A DNA stretch of 63,422 bases, filler included, from Octopus bimaculoides (lineage: Eukaryota), in the NCBI RefSeq assembly GCF_001194135.2. It is 5 parts of 4 records of this genome, joined end to end, with 100 filler letters (N's around TTAATTAATTAA, not from the genome) between each part and the next. Parts side by side here need not be neighbours in the genome. Positions count along the whole stretch, not along the records: positions 1 to 18,833 come from NC_069009.1; positions 18,934 to 47,441 come from NC_068990.1; 3 more parts are not named here. The stretch is one strand, 5' to 3'. Both the position numbers and the translations under genes were made by a program. Position 1 is the first letter of the stretch. Each line of letters starts with the position of its first letter. The notes beneath the pieces were generated by a model. That model made no database searches. It was not told the DNA's origin and saw only the letters and a list, made by a program, of their open reading frames with translations. Positions 9,756 through 21,370 of the stretch are shown here, one piece after another.

Positions 9756-9858
9756 ATGGAACTGTACATAGAAACATTATCAGGAACCAGCTACGAACTG
9801 CGTGTATCACCGTTTGAACCCATCATCTCTGTCAAGGCCAAAATACAGAGACTGGGAG
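9756..9858 (+). CDS. ZFAND4: ZFAND4/ANUBL1 (AN1-type zinc finger 4, ubiquitin-like fusion) coding exon A
   Basis: MELYIETLSGTSYELRVSPFEPIISVKAKIQRLG matches recalled vertebrate ZFAND4 MELFIETLTGTCFELRVSPFETVISVKAKIRRLEG; donor G|GTAGGT, phase 1. An upstream exon may exist. Confidence 0.92.
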
Positions 9859-10086
9859 GTAGGTGTGGCCCCCTGACCGCTTTTGATTGTCTATTTACCT
9901 GTCTTTCTAACCTCTTTGTTTTCTTTCTTTATTTCTTTCTTTGTTTGTTTACACGTTTCCTTGTTTGTTTTGGGTTGATTTGTTTTCAGGACGTTTTATC
10001 ATCAACGCTTTTTGTGTGTTCCTTTCTCTCTGTCTATCCGTTTATATATCATATATGTATATATATATAGTCACTATATCATATAT

Positions 10087-10142
<56 letters not shown>

Positions 10143-10259
10143 GCTCACACATACATTTATGTATGTATGTATTTATTTATGTATGTATTATGTATACAGT
10201 CCTGTTGGTATACATAGCTAGACATACGTTGTGTGTTCCTTTCTCTCTGTCTATCCGTT

Positions 10260-10303
<44 letters not shown>

Positions 10304-12154
10304 GTCAATATATCATATATATACATATATATACACGCTCACACATACATTTATGTTTGTATGTATTGTGTATTCCCTGTGTATACAGTCCTGTTGGTAT
10401 ACATAGCTAGACATACGTTGTGTGTATGTATACACACACACATATATATATATATATGTATGCCTTGGTTTATATAGATCGTGTATGTATATGGATGTGT
10501 GTACGTATATGTTTATATATGTGTGTGTATCTATGTGTGTCTGTGTATGTATGCTCTATGTATATGGTCGTGTATGTGTACATAGTAAAATATATATATA
10601 CNNNNNNNNNNNNNNNNNNNNNNNNNNNNNNNNNNNNNNNNNNNNNNNNNNNNNNNNNNNNNNNNNNNNNNNNNNNNNNNNNNNNNNNNNNNNNNNNNNN
10701 NNNNNNNNNNNNNNNNNNNNNNNNNNNNNNNNNNNNNNNNNNNNNNNNNNNNNNNNNNNNNNNNNNNNNNNNNNNNNNNNNNNNNNNNNNNNNNNNNNNN
10801 NNNNNNNNNNNNNNNNNNNNNNNNNNNNNNNNNNNNNNNNNNNNNNNNNNNNNNNNNNNNNNNNNNNNNNNNNNNNNNNNNNNNNNNNNNNNNNNNNNNN
10901 NNNNNNNNNNNNNNNNNNNNNNNNNNNNNNNNNNNNNNNNNNNNNNNNNNNNNNNNNNNNNNNNNNNNNNNNNNNNNNNNNNNNNNNNNNNNNNNNNNNN
11001 NNNNNNNNNNNNNNNNNNNNNNNNNNNNNNNNNNNNNNNNNNNNNNNNNNNNNNNNNNNNNNNNNNNNNNNNNNNNNNNNNNNNNNNNNNNNNNNNNNNN
11101 NNNNNNNNNNNNNNNNNNNNNNNNNNNNNNNNNNNNNNNNNNNNNNNNNNNNNNNNNNNNNNNNNNNNNNNNNNNNNNNNNNNNNNNNNNNNNNNNNNNN
11201 NNNNNNNNNNNNNNNNNNNNNNNNNNNNNNNNNNNNNNNNNNNNNNNNNNNNNNNNNNNNNNNNNNNNNNNNNNNNNNNNNNNNNNNNNNNNNNNNNNNN
11301 NNNNNNNNNNNNNNNNNNNNNNNNNNNNNNNNNNNNNNNNNNNNNNNNNNNNNNNNNNNNNNACACACACATACATACATACATGCATACGTACATATAC
11401 ATACATACACACAAATATACATACATACATGCATTCATACATACACACACATACATACATGCATACAGACACACACATATACATACATACATACATACAT
11501 ACACACACACACAGGCATGCATGCATACATATATACATATACACACACACATACATACAAAAATACCCTATTGATGTTAAAATTCCAATGAAGGAACCTT
11601 GGATCTAGGTTAGAAACTGGTTCTTTCTCTATTGGCAAGAAATCTTGAAATAAAACTGAAAAATGACATACATACATACACACATCAGGTTTATACCTGT
11701 AATTATTGGGGCCCTGGGATATGTAACACACAGCCTAAATACCATCTTTGAGAAATTAGGCTTCTCAAAACCAGAAAGGAGAAAGTTAATTTGAAGATTA
11801 CAGATCCAATCTATCACTGGAACTGTAAAAATCTGTAAAACTTTCTAGAAGTTTATCATTTGAATATATATGAGCATGTCTAGATATGCAACTATATGCA
11901 TGAGGATACATACACAAAACATACAAATCTGCATGTATACATACATACATATATACATACATACATACATACATACATACATACATACAAATATATCCTA
12001 CTGTTGCTGTTAAAATTCCAATGAAGGAACCTTGGATCTAGGTTAGAAACTGTCGGTTTCACACAAGGAATACGATGGAGTGTCAGATAACAATCCGATT
12101 ATGTAACCTTACACTCATCAAAGTTAGCCGATATAGAATGGAATATGGCGACTG

Positions 12155-12195
<41 letters not shown>

Positions 12196-12254
12196 CACAT
12201 ACAACGGGCTTTTTTCAGTTTCCATCAACCAAATCCACTCACAAGGCCTTGATT

Positions 12255-12482
12255 GGCAGCTGGCAGAATCGTTAGCACGCCAGGTGAAATGCTTAGCGGT
12301 ATTTTGTCTGCCGTTACGTTCTGAGTTCAAATTCTGCCGAGGTCGACTTTTCCTTTCATCCTTTCGGGATCGATAAATTAAGTACCAGTTACGCACTGGG
12401 GTCGATGTAATCGACTTAATCCCTTTGTCGGTCCTTGTTTGTCCCCTCTATGTTTAGTCCCTTGTGGGCAATAAAGAAATAA
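12255..12482 (+). mobile_element. SINE family B (tail variant 1) nested in a family A SINE
   Basis: Head GCTGGCAGAATCGTTAG with B-box-like GAGTTCAAATT; body CTTTCATCCTTTCGGG...AAGTACC; tail ...CTTGTGGGCAATAAAGAAAT. Other copies, on the minus strand: 15941-16173, 22800-23010, 23090-23306, 24560-24960, 31243-31477, 37603-37818, 44211-44643. Confidence 0.85.
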
Positions 12483-14303
12483 AAAGCTATAGTAGAAGAC
12501 ACTTACGCAAGGTGCCACGCAGTGGGACTGAACCTGGAGTCACACAGCCACACTTATACCTTAGATTTAAAGGAAGATGGTTAAGACTTGATACTTTCCT
12601 TTGCAACCTTGCTACCAAGTAGATGGCCAATCAAAATTTACTCTAAAACTAAAAAGAGAACATACATACATACATACATACATACATGAGCATGTCTAGA
12701 TATGCAACTATATGCATGAGAATATATACCTGAAGCAAAACATACAAATCTGCACATATACATACATACATACATGCATACATACAAATATATCCTACTG
12801 TTGCTGTTGAAATTCCAATGAAGGAACTTTGGATCTAGGTTAGAAACCGGTTCTTTCTCTGTTGGCAGGAAATCTTCAAATAAAACTGAACAATGATACA
12901 TACATACTCTTTACTCTTTTCTCTCTTTTACTTGTTTCAGTCATTTGACTGTAGCCATGCTGGAGCACCGCCTTTAGTCAAGCAAATCGACCCCGGGACT
13001 TATTCTTTGTAAGCCTAGTACTTATTCTATCGGTCTCTCTTTTTTGCCGAACCGCTAAGTGACGGGGACGTAACCACACTAGCATCGATTGTCAAGCAAT
13101 GCTAGGGGGACAAACACAGACACACAAACATATACACACACACAAACATATACATATATATATATATATATATATACGACGGGCTTCTTTCAGCTTCCGT
13201 CTACCAAATCCACTCACAAGGCTTTGGTCGGCCCGAGGCTATAGTAGAAGACACTTGCCCAAGGTGCCATGTAGTGGGACCGAACCCGGAACCATATACA
13301 CACATACATACACACAAACAAAAATACCATGTTGTTGATGTTGAAATTCCAATGAGGGAGCCTTGAATCTAGGTTAGAAACCGGTTCTTTCTCTATCGGC
13401 AAGAAATCTTGAAATAAAACTGAAAAATGACATACATACATACATACATACATGCATACACACACATACATACACACACATACATACACACATACATGCA
13501 TACATACATGCACACATACATACATACATATATGCATACATACATACATACATACATACATACATACGGAGTACCATTTTATAGCATGGTCACATTGGGC
13601 AGTTGCCGGGGGGAGGGAGACCCTCACGGATCTAGGGGGCTAATATTCTGGATTGCTGTAAAAAAAAAAAAAAATTCTTTAGGGTCCAACACATCGTTTG
13701 CTCTGGGACATATAATACTTCCGGGACGACACTATACATACATACGTACGACATAGATACATGCATACATAAGTACGTACTTTCATACAGGTACTCGTAT
13801 ATGTTTATATATACAGGTACTCGTATACGTTTATATATTTGTCTGTTTTCTTTTTTTTATTCGTTTGTTTTTGTATCATCACAGGAAGTGACTAGACTTT
13901 TGTCGAAGTGTGTGTGTATGTGTATACTAAATTAGAATATATATGTGTGTGTATATACGCTTAATAACTATATACACACGCATTTATGTATATATGTGTG
14001 TGTATCTTCTGGTCGTCAATGAATATATGGCTGGACTTATAAGCAATTAGACGTACGTCAGTGTGCGACATTGATTAATCTATGCTTGGTAACGTATGCA
14101 CATAAGTATATAAATAGGTATATAAATAATATATATATATATACTTCTGTGTGACTATATATATATCTAATCGCATACACGCATGTCTGTCTGTCCATCT
14201 GTCTATCTGTGTCAGTTTATGTATGTATGTATGTATCTATCTATCTATTTCTGTCTGCCCGTCTGTCTGTGTGTGTGTGTGTGTATGTATGTATGTGTGT
14301 GTG

Positions 14304-14338
<35 letters not shown>

Positions 14339-14567
14339 ATGTATATATATACTCTTTACTTTTTTACTTGTTTCAGTCATTTGACTGTGGCCATGCTGGA
14401 GCACCGCCTTTAGTCTAGCAAATCGACCCCAGGACTTATTCTATGTAAGCCTAGTACTTATTCTATCGGTCTCTTTTGCCAAACCGCTAAGTTACGGGGA
14501 CGTAACCACACCAGCATCGGTTGTCAAGCGATGTTGGGGGGACAAACACAGACACACAAACTCACAA

Positions 14568-14602
<35 letters not shown>

Positions 14603-14657
14603 AATATTTATCAATTATATATAGATATGATATATATATATATGTACTCTTTTAGCT

Positions 14658-14821
14658 GCAGGAGTGGCTGTGTGGTAAGTAGCTTGCTTACCAACCACAT
14701 GGTCCCGGATTCAGTCCCACTGCGTGGCACCTTGGGCAAGTGTCTTCTACTATAGCCTCGGGCCGACCAAAGCCTTGCGAGTGGATTTGGTAGACAGAAA
14801 CTGGAAGAAGCTTGTCGTATA

Positions 14822-14861
<40 letters not shown>

Positions 14862-15081
14862 TGTATGTGTGTATATGTTCGTGTGTCTGTTTGTTCCCCC
14901 AGCATCGCTTGACAACCGATGCTGGTCTGTTTGCGTCCCCGTAACTTAGCGGTTTGGCAAAAGAGACCCATAGAATAAGTGCTAGGCTTACAAAGAATAA
15001 GCTCTGGGGTCGATTTGCTCAACTATAAATGCGGTGCTCCAGCATGGCCGCAGTCAAATGACTGAAACAAGTAAAAGAGTA
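14658..15081 (+). mobile_element. SINE family A, full length
   Basis: Collinear with 6331-6760 and 17018-17406. Confidence 0.85.
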
Positions 15082-15261
15082 TATATATATTTATATATAT
15101 ATATATTTATATATATATATTATTGTGTTTTGAACACTTGGTGTTTCAGGACTAATAGTGCAGTAACTGTCCCACTGCGACAGTTTGTATGCATTGTGTA
15201 TGATGCACGGATGGCTATTTAATACATGCTCATTTTGTTCTGTCTCTTTCTCTCTCCATAG

Positions 15262-15405
15262 GAATTCCCATGTCACAGCAACACCTCATTTGGAGATCAA
15301 CCGAGCTGGAGGACGACTTCAGTTTGGCTGACTACAAGGTCCACAATGGCGCCACACTCCGGCTGGTTTTGGCTATGAGGGGTGGACCAATCAACACCCG
15401 CAGAA
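15262..15405 (+). CDS. ZFAND4: ZFAND4 coding exon B (rest of ubiquitin-like domain)
   Basis: Acceptor CTCTCCATAG|; (G)IPMSQQHLIWRSTELEDDFSLADYKVHNGATLRLVLAMRGGPINTRR; donor A|GTAATT; phase 1/1. Confidence 0.95.
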
Positions 15406-15427
15406 GTAATTGGACCCTTACTGTTGT

Positions 15428-15700
15428 TATTATTATTATTATTATTGAGTGAGAGGGCAGTGCATGCCATCAAAGTGACACTGGGGTAAAATATACGAAG
15501 CCCAGTATACCCATCGTGACTACCCGTCTGATAAGGGTACACCAGGTACATGCATCACAACCATATGTGTGCGACATGGTGATCTCATATCAAGATAAAC
15601 AGCGCATGACCTCGCAGGTGGGGCCCAATTAGAATTTTCTTCAGGTCGAATAGCCGATCCCACTCAAAGGGGAATAAGGGTTGTTTAAGGATCTTGAACG
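15428..15700 (-). mobile_element. 3' end of a (TAA)n-tailed interspersed repeat (probable LINE 3' UTR)
   Basis: Ends ...GCACTGCCCTCTCACTC-AATAATAAT on the minus strand; the same terminus occurs on the plus strand at 30290-30345 followed by (AAT)n. Confidence 0.6.
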
Positions 15701-16622
15701 AAACACCCTGGTTCTGTGATACAACTTTTCTTTTTAAGGGTGTTCTTTTCAGGGGGGCTCCAATCTGATCTGGCAGAGTTTCTACAGCTGGATGCCCTTC
15801 CTAACGCCAACTATTCCGAGAGTGTAGTGGGTGCTTTTTACGTGCCACCGGCATGAGGGCCAGTCAGGCTGTTCTGGCAATGATCACACTCAAAATTCCT
15901 ATATATATATATATATATACAATGGGCTTCTTTCAGTTTCTTATTCCTTTATTGCCGACAAGGGGCTAAACATAGAGGGGACAAACAAAGACAGACAAAG
16001 GGATTAAGTCGATTATATCGACCTCAGTGCGTAACTAGTACTTAATTAATCTACCCTGAAAGGATGAAAAGCAAAGTTGACCTCGGCGGAATTTGAACTC
16101 AGAACGTAACAGCAGACATAATACCGCTAAGAATTTCGCCCGGAGTGCCAACGTTTTTGCCAGCTCAACGCCTGGGCTTCTTTCAGTTTCTGCCTACTGG
16201 GTCCACTTGTTATGCTTTGGGCGACCCAAGGCTATAGTTGATGACACTTAACCAAGACGCAACTGAACTCAGAACCATGTGGTTGGGAAGCAAGCTTCTT
16301 ACCACACAGCCAAAAGAAGTGATGGGCAGAGTTTAAAGTGGTCTAAATTATAATCTTCCATTAAAATTTTGAGTTAAAGCCACAAACCAACGGAAAATAC
16401 CAAAATTATTTCACTAAATGCTTCGTTAGTTTCAAAATTAATTAAAGCAAGACTATATACTTCAAGAAGGTAAGGTATAATTAGAAGAAATTTAATTAGT
16501 ATTTCTAGGACACCTGAGAACCTCCTAACGATTTCTTTGTAGTGTTGTTATTGTTGTTGTCATTGAGTTTTCTAACATTTTTAATTTGTCCCCTTTTTTT
16601 CTTTCTTTTTCTTCTGCACCAG

Positions 16623-16800
16623 TACCCATCGAAGACCCCGCAATTAAGGAGATGGCTGAATACATGGACTCGAACAAGGATGAATTTGGGACCAATCGAC
16701 AGCTGACCCTTCTGGTTTTCCGAGAAGGGGACCAACTGAATTTCTTCCGAGTCATGGACAGAGGTGACGGGACCCTAACACCACTTTCGGAATCTCTCAG
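16623..16800 (+). CDS. ZFAND4: ZFAND4 coding exon C
   Basis: Polypyrimidine tract + CACCAG|; (I)PIEDPAIKEMAEYMDS...QLTLLVFREGDQLNFFRVMDRGDGTLTPLSESL matches recalled ZFAND4 EGDQLNFF...DRGDGTLTPLS; donor AG|GTTCGT; phase 1/2. Confidence 0.95.
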
Positions 16801-17017
16801 GTTCGTCCCCACTTTTTCCTTTGGTTGGTCATAAATTTATTTCGAAAGTCAGCTACTCTAGACACACGCACACGCAAGCACACACACACACTCACACACA
16901 CATATACACACTTCCTCCAGCACATTGATTTCTTAGGGTTGCATCTACCTCTTGCCTCTTGCACTGGAAGCTTTCTGTAATATCAGACAATTATGGAATT
17001 TACATACATACATAATT

Positions 17018-17406
17018 GCAGGAGTGGCTGCTTACCAACCACATGGTCCCGGGTTCAGTCCCACTGTGTGGCATCTTGGGTTAAGTGTCTTCTACTTTAG
17101 CCTCAGGCCGACCAAAGCCTTGTGAGTGGATTTGGTAGACGGAAACTGAAGGAAGCCCGTCGTATATATGTATATGTATATATATGTGTGTGTTTGTGTG
17201 TCTGTGTTTGTCCCGGCCAACATCGCTTGACAACCGATGCTGGTGTGTTTACGTCCCCGTAACTTAGCGGTTCGGCAAAAAGAGACCGATAGAATAAGTA
17301 CTGGGCTTACAAAGAATAAGTCCTGGGGTTGATTTGCTCGACTAAAGGCGGTGCTCCAGCATGGCCACAGTCAAATGACTGAAACAAGTAAAAGAGTAAA
17401 AGAGTA
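17018..17406 (+). mobile_element. SINE family A, full length
   Basis: Head-to-tail match to other copies; tail GTAAAAGAGTAAAAGAGTA. Confidence 0.85.
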
Positions 17407-17761
17407 TACATACATTCCAATGAAGGAGTCTTGGATCTAGGTTAGAAACCGGCTCTTTCTCTATCGGCAAGAAATCTTGAAATACAACTGAAAAATGACA
17501 TACATACACACACACACACATAAATACATACATACATACTCTTTTACTTGTTTCAGTCATTTGACTGCAGCCATGCTGGAGCACCACCTTTGGTCGAGCA
17601 AATCGACCCAAGGACTTATGTTTGTTGCATATTTGGAGGAAAGTGACTGGATACTCTTCAAGTTGCGGGCCTTAACACTGCAAAAATGCTTTAAAAATGC
17701 AGTTTATCTGCCCCTGGGCTCAAAGTTGGAAATTTTTTGACCTATGACACCCCATGGATCC

Positions 17762-18135
17762 AATGTTGTTGTTGGCACTCCGTTGCTTAGGACGTCGAGG
17801 GTTCCAGTTGATCCGATCAACGGAACAGCCTGCTCGTGAAATTAACTTGCAAGTGGCTGAGCGCTCCACAGATACGTGTACCCTTAACGTAGTTCTCGGG
17901 GATATTCAACGTGACACAGTGTGACAAGGCTGACCCTTTGAATTACAGGCACAACAGAAACAGGAAGTAAGAGTGAGAGAAAGTTGTGGTGGAAGGGTAC
18001 AGTAGGGTTGGCCACCATCCCCTGCCGGAGCCTCGTGGAGCTTTAGGTGTTTTCACTCAATAAACACTTACAATGCCCGGTCTGGGAATCGAAACCGCGA
18101 GTCTGCTGCCCTAACCACTGGGCCATTGCGCCTCC
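17762..18135 (-). mobile_element. SINE family C, full length
   Basis: tRNA-like head, about 300-bp body, (CAA)n tail; 3' body shared with 50334-50660. Confidence 0.8.
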
Positions 18136-18319
18136 ACGGATCCTATGTAATGCATGTGTAAAATTTCGTTAAAACTGGTTGGGTGGATCTCGAGTTATAA
18201 CGACATGACAAACACACAGACAGACACACATCCTGTGTTTTGTATATTTATAGATTACAACTACAAATGTATATTGAGTGCTCAGCTACTTAGATTATTA
18301 TTCAATGATTTGGCCATTC

Positions 18320-18580
18320 TGTGTGTGTGTGTGTGTGTGTAAGCTTGTGTGTGTGTATGTGTGTGTAAGCTTGTGTGTGTAAGCTTGTGTGTGTGTGTGT
18401 GTGCTTGTGTACTTGTGTGTGTGTGTGTAAGCTTGTGTGTGTGTGTGTATGTGTGTGTAAGCTTGTGTGTGAGTGTGCTTGTGTGAATGTGTGTGTGTGC
18501 TTGTGTGTGTGTGTGTGTAAGCTTGTATGTGTGTGTAAGCTTGTGTGTATGTGTGCTTGTGTGAATGTGTGTGTGTGTGT
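18320..18580. repeat. (GT)n minisatellite punctuated by AAGCTT
   Basis: Repeating GTGTGTGTAAGCTT units ending about 65 nt before the exon D acceptor. Confidence 0.85.
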
Positions 18581-18645
18581 TATTTTCTCGTCTCTGCGCA
18601 TCTATCTGTCTGTCTGTTTGTGCATCTCTTTCTCCCTCATTACAG

Positions 18646-18787
18646 CGGGACATCTGTGTACAACCTGAATGATGACGAAGACGATGACGGTGGTGCGACG
18701 AAGGAGAAGAAAGATGAAAATGATAGACTGAAAGTAAAGGTGAATGAACTCCGCGTCAAGATGGAACAGCTTAGCCTGACAAAGAAG
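18646..18787 (+). CDS. ZFAND4: ZFAND4 coding exon D
   Basis: Acceptor CATTACAG|; (S)GTSVYNLNDDEDDDGG...ENDRLKVKVNELRVKMEQLSLTKK resembles recalled ZFAND4 SVYN-acidic-...KMKLLKAKM...LSKK; donor AAG|GTAACG; phase 2/0. AN1 finger exons not found in the window. Confidence 0.88.
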
Positions 18788-18833
18788 GTAACGTAGTTCA
18801 ATTCCTGCCAAGGGCACTTATCTTTTTCATTTT

Positions 18834-18933
18834 NNNNNNNNNNNNNNNNNNNNNNNNNNNNNNNNNNNNNNNNNNNNTTAATTAATTAANNNNNNNNNNN
18901 NNNNNNNNNNNNNNNNNNNNNNNNNNNNNNNNN
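18834..18933. other. Artificial scaffold linker (44N-TTAATTAATTAA-44N)
   Basis: Exactly 100 bp; the 12-mer has stops in all six frames; identical structure four times in the window. Confidence 0.95.
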
Positions 18934-18988
<55 letters not shown>

Positions 18989-19049
18989 ATAAATACGATA
19001 TCTATATATGCATAAACCATTGTACTTTGGCCAAGAATAAACTATTATA

Positions 19050-20510
19050 CTTTAGCCAAGAATAAATCATTGTACTTGGTATTGGTTGACTTAGAGAAAG
19101 CATTTGACAGTGTACCCCACTGTGTGATATGGTGGGATCTGAGGAAGTTAGGGGTAGATGAAAGGCTTGTGAAAGTCATACAAGCCATGTGCAGAGGTTC
19201 TGTCAGTAGGGTGAGAGTTAATCATGAGTATAGCGATGAATTTAGTGTAGAGGTGGGCATTCGTCAGGATTTAGTTCTCAGTCCCCTCCTATTCATCATC
19301 ATCCTCCAAGCCATAACAGAAATTTAAGACTGGCTATTCCCAAGAACTGTTATATGCTGATGATCTTGCTCTTATAGTGAATTCTATCACAGAAGTAGAA
19401 AAGAAATTCCAGGTGTGAAAGAAAAACCTGGAATATAAGGGCCTTAAGATTAACTTAATAAGAAAACAGCAAGAAAACAGACAGGTATGTGGCTCTGCTC
19501 AGTATGTAGAAAAGGTTTAGGAATTCCATATGGAATACCCAGTGCAAGCTAAAGGCACATAAGAAGTGCAGTGGAATAATAGGAAGGTTATCAGAGAAAG
19601 TAGTGTTCGTATGTGGAAGATGCACAGTAGCAGTAAAAGCTACAGATACTTGGGAAATTGATTTTCTCAAATTCCCTGGAGGCTCTTTGGAGGTAGTGGA
19701 CAATTTCTGCTACCTAGGGAACCTAATTAGCGGTAGAGGAGTGCATGGAAAGTGTAATTGCTAGAATAAGAATAGAATGGAGAAAATTCAGAGAGCTTTT
19801 ACCTCTATTGGCAACCAAAGGTCTCTCTGTCTGAGTGATAGGAAGATTCTGTGATGCAATACTACAAGGTAGTAAGATGTGGGCCTTGAATACAGAAAAT
19901 ATGTGAAGGTTAGAGAGGATAAAGCTACTATACTTCACTGGATGTGCAATGTCAGTGTACATGTGTGACAGATCACTAGTGTATTGAAGAAAAAGTCAGG
20001 CATGAGAAGAATTAGATGCAGTGTGTAAAAGAAAAGATTGCACTGGTTTGGTCATGTGGTGCATATGGATGTAGACAGTTGCATACAGAAATGCTGATCA
20101 CTTAAAGTGGAAGAGGGAGACCAAGGAAGACCTGGAACAAAGTACTAAAGGTCTATTTCAAGATACTGAGCTTTACAAAGAAGATAATTAAGGACTGAGA
20201 TATCTGGTTCATTGCTGTACTTGAGAAGATCCATCCACCACAGGAGAATTGATACCGGTGCTCGTGCCTCATAAAAAACACTTGTGCTGGTGCCATGTTA
20301 AAAGCACTGGTGCTGGTGTCACATAAAAAGCAGCCAGTACACTGAGAGGAGTAACTGGCATTAGGAAGGACGTCCAGCTTTAGAAACCATAGCAAAACAG
20401 ACCCTGGAGCCTGATGCAGCTCCTGGCCTTTCCAGCTCTGGTCAAACCATCTAATCCATACCAGCATGGAAAATGGACATTAAATGATGATGATAATGAT
20501 GACGATGACG
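19050..20510 (+). mobile_element. Decayed 5'-truncated RTE-clade LINE (RT domain + 3' end)
   Basis: DLEKAFDSVP...GIRQDLVLSPLLFII...LLYADDL with frameshifts; 3' end ...GGACATTAAATGATGATGAT. Same 3' end at 15760-15895, 20700-21340, 21660-21870, 59690-59930, 60655-60876. Confidence 0.85.
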
Positions 20511-20566
20511 ACAACATACAAATATAGAATTTATTTATATACCAATTTTTACATGTCTTATGTGTA

Positions 20567-20649
<83 letters not shown>

Positions 20650-20699
20650 ACATACATGTAGAAACACACACACACACACACATTATATACATATGATAC

Positions 20700-21340
20700 T
20701 ATCTTCATCATCATCATGTAATGTCCATTTTCCATGCTGTCATAGGCTGGAGAGTTTAACAAGGAGCTAGCCAGCTGGAGAGCTGCCCAGGCTCCAATTG
20801 TCTGTTTTGGCATGATTTCTATGGCTGGATTCCCTTCCTAACACCAACCACTTTATGGAGTGTACTGGGTGCCTCTTACAAGGCACTAGCATGGGTGCTT
20901 TCACATGGCTCCAGCACATGAGTGTTTACATGGCACCAGCATGGGTGCTCTTCATGTGACGCTGGCATGGGTACTTTTCATGTGGCACCACCACCCACAA
21001 GCTCATAAGACAAGGACCTCTTGGCTGAGAGTGGATGTGGTGAGCATGGCCACAAAGGACATGCTTGTATGTATGGATGGCTACAATTTTACTTAGCTTG
21101 CCAAGTCTTATCAAGCACAGTAAATTGCCAGAACTCTTGGTCTCTTGTCATCTTTGTGAAGCCTAATGTCTGAAGATCTTTTCTCGACTTCATTACACAT
21201 CTTCCTGAGTCTACCCCTTTCACAGGTTCCCTCCACAATTAGAGATTGGCACTTCTTTATGCAGTTGTCTTTGTCCATATGCATCACATGGCTATACAAG
21301 CACAATCTTCACTCTTGCACACTACAACTGATGTGTTTAC
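20700..21340 (-). mobile_element. Decayed RTE-clade LINE 3' fragment
   Basis: HVMHMDKDNCIKKCQSLIVEGTCERGRLRK-type C-terminus plus the shared 3' terminus, inverted relative to 19050-20510. Confidence 0.75.
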
Positions 21341-21370
21341 TACAAACAGATATTAAAACTAACAACTTAC

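Noticed and set aside
3604-11591. Long ORFs of 200-390 aa in the track
   Set aside because: They are open only because they run through N gaps and microsatellites.
18878-18889. TTAATTAATTAA palindrome (four occurrences) as a biological site
   Set aside because: Always centred in 44+44 N; an assembly spacer.
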